Assembly: GCA_030770535.1 (NCBI GenBank)
Contig: JASVEC010000011.1
Span: 248,001-312,000, forward strand
DNA: 64,000 nucleotides
Direction of reading: 5' to 3'
From: Batkoa obscura
Taxonomy: Eukaryota
Each line of letters starts with the position of its first letter. Position 1 is the first letter of the stretch. This document shows positions 52,909 through 64,000 of this stretch, piece after piece. The notes under the pieces were generated by a model. The model ran no database searches. It was not told the origin of the DNA and was given only the letters and a program-made list of their open reading frames with translations. The position numbers were made by a program, and so were the translations under genes.

Positions 52909-54027
52909 TTAATTTAAATTATCTTTTAAATTTCTACATGGCAATGTTGCTCTCTGTTTGTTAATTATAAATCTAATCTTTGGTTTAGGAGATTTGATAT
53001 GTTCACTATATGGATCACGCTCCAAAACCGGATGGAGTTTATATTTTATTTTATCAACTATAAATTTAAATTTTGATTTAGGTAGCCTGATATAACTATT
53101 AGGTAAATTAGTTTTCAAAATTGATTGTCCTTGATATTTTATACGTTTACTAGGCTGCATTTCTGTTAAACAATGTTGCTTATTATTTTCTGTACTTTTT
53201 TGAGATAGCTTATCTTTTGTATCAGGTTGATCCTCATGTTCTAACTGTTCATCAGGTTCTTCTTTATTTAGACTAGTTTGGTCCAAGTCTTTTTCAAGCT
53301 CATTAGGCTCTTAATATTCGAAATCAGACCTATCTTTATACATAATACATTTGAAAGTACTCTCTTTGTCCACTATATTTTAAAAACATCAACTAAATTT
53401 TTATACATGTAAATTTTGCTTACCTGGCCCATGTTTATTAATACAATGAACTTTTAAATCACTTTTCCTCGAATAAGATTTGCTGCAATTTCCAAAAATA
53501 CATTTAAATCGAGTTTTATAAGATGGATCATCCTTTGAAATTGACTTTTTGTGAACTTTTATATATTTCTTTATTGAGTTAGATTCCAAAACTAATTGCC
53601 CTTTATATTTTATATACTTATTCGGTAATTTCTCTCTATAGCCAGAACGATCCTCTACTTTTGTAATATTATCAGATAGATTAATATTCGAGTCGCTTTG
53701 ATCTTTACGCATTATTTGCCCATCAAGTCGATCTTCTCGTTTAATATTTGTATTAATTGATTTATCCTTTAATTTGGTTTTGCTTTTATGCTTTCTATGT
53801 TTAGAAGTATCTTCTTTTCTAACTTTATTCATAATAAATTAATTATTCACTCATTTTCTATTGTCCTGATTTAATTTACCTATATTATGATGTACATTAT
53901 AGTGCCTATTTAAATTCGATTTGAAAGCATATGTCTTGTTACAATCTTTAAAGCTACATTCATATTGATTTTGTTTACTTTTATTGATATGGAATTTATT
54001 ATTTAAATTTAACTTGCTCTCTTTCAT
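52909..54027 (-). pseudogene. C2H2 zinc-finger gene (2 intact fingers) with an in-frame stop; truncated gene or pseudogene
   Basis: ATG 54027 MKESK...YECSFKDCNKTYAFKSNLNRHYNVHH|, then FKCIFGNCSKSYSRKSDLKVHCINKHGP|. The next exon (YKDRSDFEY*EPNE) has a TAA at ~53311 before ORF 52909-53286. Confidence 0.6.
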
Positions 54028-54701
54028 TATTTGATTTTTTTACAATACAAAATATACATTTAGATTGATACTTGTTTGACTTTAGCCTTGGTTTTGGTTA
54101 TTGATACAATATTAAACTTACGTTACGTAGCTGTAGTTACTTATTTTAATTTATTGTATGTACCTTGGATAATGAAAATTTTACTCAGATAAAATGGAAA
54201 AAAACAGTTTACTTATTTGAAATTAATATTAAATTTTATTCATTAGCCGAATATTGGAGCTAAATTGCACACAAAAATCAAAAACAGTGATAAATAAATT
54301 ATTTTTTACTTTAAAATTAAAATAACTATTAAAATACAAGATATCCACAATGAGCCATTTCTTCAATGTACAAGCTGGTTTTAAAACACTACAGTCCTAG
54401 TAAAAAGCTTAGGTATGCAGGGTACCGTAGCAAGAGAGGGCTATACCTAATATCTTAGACGTTCTACTTTTATATTTTACTGTAGATTAAAATACGTAGA
54501 AAAGATTATCATATATATTAAAGATATCAGTTATACTTTAGTTATTGTGAAATTAAAACTAATAGACCTAAATACACAGCAAGATTTGCCTTATTTTTAA
54601 TAACACTCAACTAAAGCTCTGTTATGAAAAAAATCAATGTGAATAAAACATTGATTAATTAGAAAACTACAATTTAAAAATTGTAGAAGCAAATTTTAGA
54701 T

Positions 54702-54773
54702 AGGTCCCACCGAGAATCGAACTCGGATCACAAGGATCAAAACCTTGTGTGCTAACCATTACACCATGGAACC
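54702..54773 (-). tRNA. tRNA-Gln (anticodon TTG), intronless
   Basis: GGTTCCATGGTGTAATGGTTAGCACACAAGGTTTTGATCCTTGTGATCCGAGTTCGATTCTCGGTGGGACCT forms a cloverleaf with anticodon stem CAAGG/CCTTG and T-arm CCGAG-TTCGATT-CTCGG. Confidence 0.96.
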
Positions 54774-55136
54774 ATATTGTTCGATTTAATCATTTTTGAC
54801 ACATATTTATATTACATTCTTTTGAATTTTTTATAATGTTATCGTTGATAATCTTTAATCTCACAACTAACATTTATAAAATAATATGTAATAAAATTTC
54901 AATAATAAAATTTAAAGCTTGAAACTTCATGATTTATTGAAAAGTAAGTTAATACCATCAAACTACAGAAAACTTTACTTTGCCATTTAACATAAACAAT
55001 TTTAAAAAATAATTAATAAAATCCGCTAGCACATTGTATTATCAGTCATTAAAACCAGCGAAATAAACTTACACTTCAATTAAACTGCTAGCAACAGACA
55101 TCATTATCCAAAATAGAAGTCAATTATCCATTTAAT

Positions 55137-57375
55137 TTATCTCCTCCCATTTTGATTAAAACTCATTCCATTTGGTTTATAATTATTAATACTAAATGTT
55201 TTCTACACAAAATCAAATGATTAGTTATTTAATAACTTATTAATATAATTTGCACTTACCCCTTCCATCCCTTTATTGAAATTCATATTATTAACAAAAT
55301 TATCCGTACCATTATCCCCATCAATGATATCTAATTGCTCCCCTTTTCCTTCATTATCCATTTCAGGTGGATGTAATTTGTCATAAATATCTCTTTGCAT
55401 CATTGTTTGACATCGTTTTAATTGATATGTTTTTAATAAGGGCACTCGATGATATGTTATCATTGGTTTTTTAGTTGTAAATTTAATTGCTTTTAAGATG
55501 GTATCACATTCTAAATCAGAGTCAAAATCACTACTTTCTCCAAAGGAACGTCTTCTTTTATTACTATTATGGAGGTGTGAAGAATTATCATGATCATGTA
55601 AATGTTGACTGGCTTCTTTGGCTGCCATACCTGCTTTTTGGGCTAAATTTTCAGCTAAAAATATTAAATATGTTTAGTTATTTAAACAATTAGTAATTTG
55701 ATTTTTACTTACCTTTTATTTTAGCATTATTTTTTTGATGTAAAGCTACTAATTCTTGATACGTTTTTGAGCGTCCAAATACTGCTTTTTTTAATACTAC
55801 TGTATGGGCTTTACACGTAATTAATCGCATACACGCTTGTCCATTGGCTCCTAACACTCCACAATGTTTATCTAAATCTAATACTGGTTTTTCTATTTAT
55901 ACAAAAAAGATAATCATTAAATATACTATATTTGAAAACTGAATTATAGTATTTACCTTTGACTTTATTTTTTTCTTTCTTCTGTTTTCCCATCTTTTTT
56001 TTAGTTTCTTTGGATTCATTATTATTGTTGTCTTTTTTATTTCCTCGTGATTTACCAGTGTTTGTAGTTATACTTTCTGGCAATAAAGAATTAATATCTG
56101 TTACTACTGACTCTTCTTTTGTTTTATATGATAATTCATTAAAATTATCTGCTTTTGTTATAGCTATAGTGGGTATTGTTTTGGAATCTTGTATATGATT
56201 GGTTTTGGAACGTGTACGACGAGCTAAAATAAATAAAAATTCAATTATTAAATCATTCTAATAAACAGAAATATAGACTTACCTTTAGATTCTTCAGGAA
56301 CTGGAGAAGATTCCAAATCTTCAATAATATCCTCATGAATTAACTTATTTAATTTTTTATTTTCAACTTCATTTTTTGTTGCTTTCAATAATTTTTTATT
56401 CTCGCCATGTTCTTTTGTGGGTTTGATATGTTTTTTATTTTCATTTATCTCCTTCCCATTTTTACTCATTTTTTTACCTGTACTGGATAATCTGGGTTTT
56501 AGACTTTGATTATCACCTTCTGATTTTACTCTGTTTAAACCAAGATTGGGATTTAAGAAGCGTCCTTTCGTTTTTTTACATAATCCTAAATTAAATGTCA
56601 ATAAATAATAATGATAAATAAAAGTTAATATTACTATGGTGTTTAGTAAAATTTCGAAAATAGATTCTTTTTTTACACCCTTTACATGTAGCTGTTATTC
56701 TTGTTCTCTATATTTATAATATTATTTAATAAAACAAGAAAAACTAATAAAAAGATAAACACTTACCGCTGGGTTTGGTACTTCATCTTCATTGTATTCT
56801 GGTATTGGTTTAATTTCTATATTTTTAATTATTAACAAATTATTCATCTTTTTATCAACATAAAAACAAAAAAATTACCTTTATCAATAACACTAGTATC
56901 AATAATAACAGGAAGTTGAGTTTCTTTATTTACATTACTAATAGGATATAACTTCCAATCAGTTGGATCACTAAAATATTTTAAAGTACTTGGGTGACGA
57001 ATATTACGTAGAAATTGAGAACGTGAATGTTGGATTTTAAAACCATGAATTTTTTTAGTAAATTTATTAATAACTATAAAGATCAATTTAATATTTAAAA
57101 TTAATCTATAAAATATAATAACAATACTTATTTTCCCTTTCTTTATCAATTCTTTTTTTATTAATCTTGCTTTTTTCTTAGCAGCTAATACCTCTATATA
57201 AAATATTTTTTATTAATCTTCATTTCTATTCATTTCATTTTGATAAAAAAAGAGATTTTAACATAATAATCCTTCTTTTCTCTCTATAGATTTAAAAATA
57301 ACAATATTTACCTTTATTCACTACTGGTTTAGCTTTCTTTGTTGGTTTACCTTTATTCCTTGTTTCTCTCGGCAT
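55137..57375 (-). CDS. SGF73: SAGA deubiquitination-module anchor Sgf73/ataxin-7 homolog, multi-exon
   Basis: Spliced C2HC finger TCKGCKKRIYFRNFTKHH|RLCKK (~56690-56575) and SCA7 domain LDKQCGVLGANGQACMRLITCKAHTVVLKKAVFGRSKTYQEL (~55875-55750). ATG at 57375; probable last exon ends at 55137. Confidence 0.82.
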
Positions 57376-57459
57376 TTTATTATACTTTATTATATTTTAT
57401 TATACTTTATTATACTTTATTATATTTTACTATATTTTATTATATTTTATTATATTTTT
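57375..57459. repeat. 10-bp minisatellite (TTTATTATAY) x ~8
   Basis: TTTTATTATACTTTATTATATTTTATTATACTTTATTATACTTTATTATATTTTACTATATTTTATTATATTTTATTATAT abuts the SGF73 start codon. Confidence 0.85.
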
Positions 57460-57819
57460 AAATAAATTGCTTTTGAATTTTATAAAAAATAAAGTTAAAA
57501 ATTTAACCAATTATAGAAAGTTGGAAACATTGTAGTTTAATGAATCAAAAATAAAAATAATAAAATTTAAAAATAAACAAATAAAAGGATGTTATTTAAT
57601 GATGTTTCGTTATTTTCATAAATAATTATAATAAATTGATATATGATTTATAGAATAATATTCTATTTAATATTTTTAATATTCTATTTTATTATTTATC
57701 AAATTCAAATTTAAATAGTGGTAAAATTAACAGCCAATTAAAAGTTAGTATAAAACTGAGTAAAAAGAATCTTTAAAAAACTCAATTTTTAGATAAATTT
57801 ATTGAAGTATTCTTTAACA

Positions 57820-59269
57820 ATGGTATCCAAATTAATTAAGTTGAACTTAACAAAGAATATAACCAACAATCTATTAAAAATTAATAAAAGAATATTATTA
57901 ATTAATAATACAAGATGGATAAAACAATACACAACGAAAGAGAATAAAGATACAAAAGTATTATTAAAACCAATAGAAGATAACTCAAGTAATCTAATAA
58001 TGAGTAATGAAATGGAAAAACAAATGTTATTACAACAAAAAATGGTGAATGATAAAGTAAATAATAATAATAATAATAAGATTTTATTTAAATACTAATA
58101 CTTAAACATAGGATATAGAATCCATAACCGAAGAAGAGCTAGATGCAATGTATAAAGAATTATTTCCATCCGAACAATTAAAGTCAACAAAACAAGAGAA
58201 TGAAGATAGTTTAAAAGAAATTATCCAAGAATTAGGACTTGATAAAGAAGAAGATTGGAGCATTGAAAAAGTAAATGAGAAGCTCAATTTATTAGCCCAA
58301 ATTAAAAACAAAAGAAACATCTCTTTAGTATTAATCCATGAATTATTATATTTATTTTCTCAGCAAAAAAATGAAGAAGCAAGTTTACTAACTTTAGATT
58401 TGATGCAACAAAAAGGGATTAAAATTAATGAAAGAACATATACTTGTATTATGGATTTATATTCTAATAAGCAAGATCTCGAGAATTGTATCAAATATTT
58501 TAAAAAGATAAAAGAAGAATGTTTACAACCATATGATCGAACATATTTTGTATTAGTTAAAATGTATGCTAAATTAGGACGAGTTGATGATGCTTTTGAT
58601 GTTTATCAAATCATGAAAAGTAAAGGATATAATATAACTAAACATATAATGATCAATTTGATTGTAAGTTGTGTTAATGCAGGTGAATATGAAAGGGCAT
58701 GGAAAACATTTGATCATATGAGATTGAATTTATATCAACCAGATGTAGTATCTTATTCTTATATGATTAATGTATGTGCTAAACAAAATATGGTTGAAAA
58801 AGCATTCAATTTATTTGAATTAATGAAAGAAGAAGGAATTGAACCAAACTTAGTTGCACTAAATAGTTTAATTTTAGCTTGTTCTACTAACAAAGAGTAT
58901 TATAATGAAGCATTAAAATTATTAGATCAAATTAAAGAAAAAGGATTACAAACTAACGTGCATACATATATAGGATTATTAATGAATGCTAGAAGATCCA
59001 AACAATTAGATTATGCTCGTAAATTATTTAGTAAAGTATTACAATTAAATTTAAATCAAAGAGAAATTCAAATGCCATTGTCGCTACTATTATTTACCTA
59101 TTCAACTTATTATTCCAAATTTAAAAGAGAAAATCAATTTATAAAGGAAAATAAAATACTATCAACAGAAGAAGTCATTGAATTATTAAATGATAAATTA
59201 CCAAAGGATAGTAAACATGCGGTTTTAGAAGTTGAAAATTTAATGGATTGGTACACGAATTATTATATT

Positions 59270-59315
<46 letters not shown>

Positions 59316-59991
59316 GTAATGAATATATTTCAAAATTAATAACTTCCTTTTTAGCAGTCCAAACAAATTATGGAAATTATGAAAGAGCAATGGAAATCTT
59401 TAATAATTATAAAGATAAAGATGAAAATCTTTATATTATAAACCAAATATTAAGTTTATGTTTTGAACTTAAAAAGAAAGAGAAATGTATTGAATTGTAT
59501 CAAATAATCGATAAAATATTAAAACCGTTAGAGCCAAAATCTACACTTTCTTTTATTGAAAAGAAAGAATATATGAAACAAAATAATATAAATGAACAAT
59601 TATTATTAAATATTTATCGTACTTTAATTAATGGGTTTTCAAAGTAAGCTTTTTATATTTATTTAATAATAATATTTAATCGAAATTTAATAGCCTCAAT
59701 GAACTTGAATTAAGCATAAATATTTTAACTTCAGCGAGTAAAGACACTTCCATTCAAAAACAATTAAAATTATCCCAATTTAAACAATTATATAATAATT
59801 TACATAGATTTGATAGAATTGATTTAAAACCCATTGTATTAGATTCGATTCCTAGTTTAAAAGAAAAGAATATTGAAAGATCTAAATATAGATTAAATAA
59901 AAAATGGCAGAGAAATAATGGAAATTTAGAAGTATCTAAAACTAATAGGAAATTAGTTAAAGAATTGGCAGAAGCTAGGTTGTTAGAATAA
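57820..59991 (+). CDS. Mitochondrial pentatricopeptide-repeat (PPR) protein, 3 exons
   Basis: 35-aa PPR repeats (ERTYTCIMDLYSNK, DRTYFVLVKMYAKLGRVDDAFDVY, PDVVSYSYMINVCAK, PNLVALNSLILACS) and a presequence-like N-terminus. Introns 58057-58111 and 59644-59693. Confidence 0.9.
59273..59314. repeat. (AAT)14 microsatellite encoding poly-Asn in the PPR gene
   Basis: Fourteen AAT units read directly. Confidence 0.9.
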
Positions 59992-60314
59992 AAAGAAATA
60001 TAGAGGGAAGATAGATAGTTTTCTAGTTAGAATAAATGTGTTTTTTAATAAACAAAAAAAGGATATCTTTATTGTTTTAAGCTAATTTTTTCATATTATT
60101 AAAATAAATTAAAAGTAAGCTGGTAGTATAAAATATAGAATTAAAATATAAAAAAATATTATAAAAAAGGTTTTTTTATTTTATAACTATTATTTGAATT
60201 TTATGTATCTTTTAATATGATAATGTTGTTATTTTATAGTTACAGCTATTTGCCCTAATAAATTTTTTAATTAAACATTATCATATTACCTTCATTGGCA
60301 TATGAAATTTTTAT

Positions 60315-60420
60315 ATATGGGAGTGTTTTTTTTGGCTTGATCACTTTTTCCATTTTTAAGCGCTGTTTGAGTGGAAAAATTGTTAGTAAAATTCTTAAAT
60401 ACAAAAATACATCCTCATAT
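60315..60420 (-). mobile_element. ~107-bp MITE-like element, copy 11 (reverse)
   Basis: ATATGGGAGTGTTTTTTTTGGCTTGATCACTTTTTCCATTTTTAAGCGCTGTTTGAGTGG...AAATACATCCTCATAT. Confidence 0.88.
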
Positions 60421-61217
60421 ACAAAATAACCTTTTTCTTTAAATAAAATAAATATTATAAATTATATTATCTACTATTATCTATCCCATATTAAAAAGAT
60501 AAGATTAGAGCAAATAAATGATACAATATATATAATCATCCTATAAATAAAAAACAAGTTAATAAATGTGATAATCCCATTTTTGATTTTAATTATAGAG
60601 TAAAATTACTACTAAAAAATAATATTATCCCTTAAAAATTTCATCCCTTAATAGATAAAGTTACCAAGTGGATGTTAGTTTTGAAATTGAATGTAATCGA
60701 TTTGTTACTGGCAAGTCATAGTGTTATCTGTTTAAAATTGTGATTTAAATAGAAGTTTAAGCTTTAAGATTTTATTTTTAATATTTATTTTGTAAAGTTT
60801 TCTTACAAATAAAAATAAAATAAAAATAAAATAAAAATAAAAATAAAAATTCTATTTGTTTTTATTATTATTTCACTTCTAAATATTATTCTATAAGTAT
60901 GATAATCTTATCTTTTTAATAAAAAACTTGAATATTCGATTTGAACTTTTATAATTTTTCGATCATTATATAATTTTAAAACATAAAAAAGGAATAATTT
61001 AGAAATGATTACAAATCTGAGAACAAAAATTAGCCATATCAACTTAATTAATCCTAAATTTAATCAAAAGATAACTTAATCCAATAAAACTAAATACATT
61101 TTAACAGAATTTATGAATAGATTTAAAATAAGTTAAACACTTATTTTCATATTTTATACTTATCTTTTAATAATTTACTACTTTATACTCTACATTCTTC
61201 TCACCCAGCAACAAATA

Positions 61218-62820
61218 ATGAGTATTCTTAAAGACAACCAGCTATTAGGTTATCAACTCAATAGAAAGTTAGAAAATTTAAAACTCAATGACACAGAGAT
61301 AGCGAATAACACAACCACAACATATTTACAAGATGACTTATATGATGAAGATAACCCATGTTTAATCCATGCTTTACTTGACCCCTCCAATAAAATGTCT
61401 AAATTTCGTAAACTATCCATGAAACAAAGCCAAGACGCTTCAGAATTAGCTAGAACGGCAGTAGCAGTTAGATTGGTGTCCAAGAAATTGGGTAAGTTTT
61501 AAATTATCTATATTCTCTTTTTATTTATAACCTTTTTTTATTAGCTAAAAAGAGAATAAAGTTTAATAATCCAAAATCAATATTAGTTGTGACTAAGCCT
61601 GGTGATAAAAAATTGATTAAATTAGCTAGAGATTTAGTAGAATATTTATTATTAGATATTAAGTTTGGTTCTACAAAAGGGATGACAGTGTAAGTATAAA
61701 AAAAACATATTAAATAGGACTACAGCTTATCAAACTAATATTTAATTCTTTTAGATATGTTGATAAACATTTAGAAAAATCGAAACGTTTCAAATTTAAT
61801 TCATTAATTCAAAAAATAACCAATCCATCAGTAAAGTTAAACTGTTGGACACCCGAAATAGTAGCATCCTCCCCGGAGTTATTTGATTTGGTAATAACTT
61901 TAGGCGGCGATGGAACCGTATTATACACATCCTGGCTATTTCAAAAAATTGTACCTTCAGTTATGCCATTTCATTTAGGTTCATTAGGTTTTTTAACCAC
62001 TTTTGATTTTAATCAATATCGTAATATGATTCAACAATCTTTAGAAGAAGGAGTACGTATTAATATGAGAATGCGATTTAGTTGTACCATATTTAAATAT
62101 GATGCTTTAAGTTCAGCTCCATTATCCAGAGTGTGTTCCTCAAATGGTAACTATAAAAAAACCAAAAATTTAAAATCTCATGCTAGTTTATTATTTGGAG
62201 ATGCAACTATAGATACCGAAGAAGAAGAAATAGCCATAACAAGTCCATTTCGTAGTGAATTTGGTTATAAAGGTTTTATTGAAGGTATGACTTATGAAAT
62301 TTTAAATGATTTAGTAGTCGATCGAGGACCCTCCCCTTTTATGTCTCAATTAGAGTTATTTGGGGATGGGGAGTATTTAACTACTGTACAAGCAGATGGT
62401 TTAACTGTGGCTACACCAACTGGTTCAACTGCTTATTCGTTAGCTGCGGGGGGTTCGTTAGTTCATCCAGAAATACCAGCTTTATTAATATCTCCAATTT
62501 GTCCACATTCGCTTTCTTTTAGACCCATGCTATTACCAGATTCCATTACTTTGTGCATTTGTGTACCTTTTAGTTCAAGAGGTACGGCTTGGGCTTCTTT
62601 CGATGGTAGAGGTAGAGTTGAACTTTCAAGAGGCGATTTTATTAGAGTTGTTGCATCTAAATTTCCTTTTCCTACTGTTTGTGCAGAAGGTACTCAATCA
62701 AAAGATTGGTTTAATTCATTAAACAGATGCTTATTATGGAATCAAAGGTCGGTTCAAAAACCATTGGATGAGTCTTCACAAGGGGAAGAAGATTCTTCAG
62801 AAGATATGGAAGAAGATTAA
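61218..62820 (+). CDS. ATP-NAD kinase (Utr1/Yef1-like), 3 exons
   Basis: ILVVTKP, TLGGDGTVLY, FHLGSLGFLT, LNDLVVDRG, VQADGLTVATPTGSTAYSLAAGGS, PICPHSLSFRP. Introns at about 61492-61543 and 61690-61754. Confidence 0.95.
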
Positions 62821-63263
62821 GGTGAATGTATTTAATTATAATAAAATTTATTCAAGTTATTAAATTATATAATATATATATACTAAAATGATAAATGGTA
62901 AAAGTTATTAACAAAACTGTTTTGTTTATTTATTTTCTAATGATTTTTTGGAACAATTTTTAAATTGTTGAATTAAATGTTGACATTGGGTCATATCACC
63001 ATTATGTTTATCTAAACATTCTTTTAATTCTTGGACTTGACATGGGTTTAATTTAGTCGCTTCTTTAGTTGTTTCCTTTGGATCCATTTTAATCTAATTT
63101 AATTTATTATTATGTTTATTTAAAAAAGGATACTCTTTTTATCTTTTTTATCTTAAACTTTATCCTTCTTTCGAAGATAAAACAGAGCCAATAATACCTT
63201 TATAAAAAAAATCATATAAAAGTATAAATTTTGATAGTTTTATTAAGTTACTATCAGGTTAAA

Positions 63264-64000
63264 ATGGAAGCAGAACGTATAGATTTAAGTAAGTCTAAGC
63301 TCATCCTTAATAAAAAAACAAACCATACTTACTCAACCTTTAGCCCAACCTAGATATTCCCAAGCTACTTTTTTAGGAAGGTTAAAACATTTTATCGATG
63401 TAACTAATCCCAAGTAATATACATCTTCGTAACCAGTAACAAGAAAATTAAATCCTCCTTTAAAGAAATTTATTAGCTTCAAAACAACAAATATTAGATA
63501 GTCAAAAAATAGTTGATGACTATCAACAAGGAATTAATACTGAAACGGATATTGAAAAATTATGGAAAGCAAAAAAAATAGTAGATTCTTCCATTCATCC
63601 AGATACTAAAGAAATTATTTTTTTACCCTTTAGAATGGCTAGTTTTGTACCTGTAAGCTATTTAATTACTATATAATATTTTATCATCTACAATATTTTA
63701 TTATTATTATTATTATAACTAATAAACAACTAGACCAATTTAATAGTAACCGTTGGTTTATTATTACCCAATCCAACTACTGCTGGTATTATATTTTGGC
63801 AATGGGCAAATCAATCTTGTAATGTAGCTATTAATGTGAGTTATTTTATTTCTATTATAATCATTATATTAAAAGCTAAGCAAATTCTAACTAAAAAATT
63901 AGTGGGCTAACGCAAATAAAAGTGTACCCATGTCCTTACAAGAAACTGGGTTTGCTTATGGTTGTGCTGTTTTTGGTAAATATTATTAATGTTTTTTTTT
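63264..64000 (+). CDS. FSF1: Sideroflexin (mitochondrial tricarboxylate/serine carrier), 5' part, runs off the window
   Basis: Spliced [31 protein letters not shown]|...[34 protein letters not shown]...[23 protein letters not shown]. Confidence 0.92.

Noticed and set aside
382..60420. The ~107-bp repeat as a CRISPR array, tRNA-derived SINE or snRNA
   Set aside because: It is dispersed rather than regularly spaced, shows no Pol III A/B boxes, poly(A) tail or recognisable snRNA motif, and has inverted termini.
60806..60850. AAAAT/AAAAAT run (also TTATTTTTTA repeats near 40490-40525)
   Set aside because: Ordinary low-complexity sequence in AT-rich intergenic DNA.
1156..61483. Short antisense or alternate-frame ORFs overlapping real genes (e.g. 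1156-1419, 18251-18547, 29122-29346, 43838-44104, 61253-61483)
   Set aside because: These are shadow ORFs of well-supported genes and have no independent motifs.

Overview
Very AT-rich eukaryotic genomic DNA with many short (about 40-65 nt) GT-AG introns and fungal gene content. It is most likely from an early-diverging fungus, possibly Entomophthoromycotina/Conidiobolus-like (inference only). Identifiable genes: an F-box/LRR-like protein, a small 2x matrin-type zinc-finger protein, ARH1 adrenodoxin reductase, a mitochondrial-type thioredoxin, HRT3/FBXO9, a Zn2Cys6 transcription factor, PRP5/DDX46, an alpha/beta hydrolase, a secreted S41-type peptidase, a sugar porter, a CCCH+Pumilio protein, UTP20, tRNA-Gln(UUG), SGF73/ataxin-7, a PPR protein, an NAD kinase and the 5' part of a sideroflexin. 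Structure not shown by the ORF track: (i) 11 dispersed copies of a ~107-bp self-folding MITE-like element bounded by ATAT-GGGG...CCCC-ATAT, often in inverted pairs; (ii) a tandem array of five thioredoxin gene copies, of which only one keeps WCGPC; (iii) three paralogous, decaying multi-exon C2H2 zinc-finger loci on either side of UTP20; (iv) a 109-bp TTAA-flanked piggyBac-type miniature element; (v) a 17-bp TATA-containing motif plus CreA/Mig1-like boxes shared by the adjacent secreted peptidase and sugar transporter genes. All exon boundaries and alignments were made by eye.
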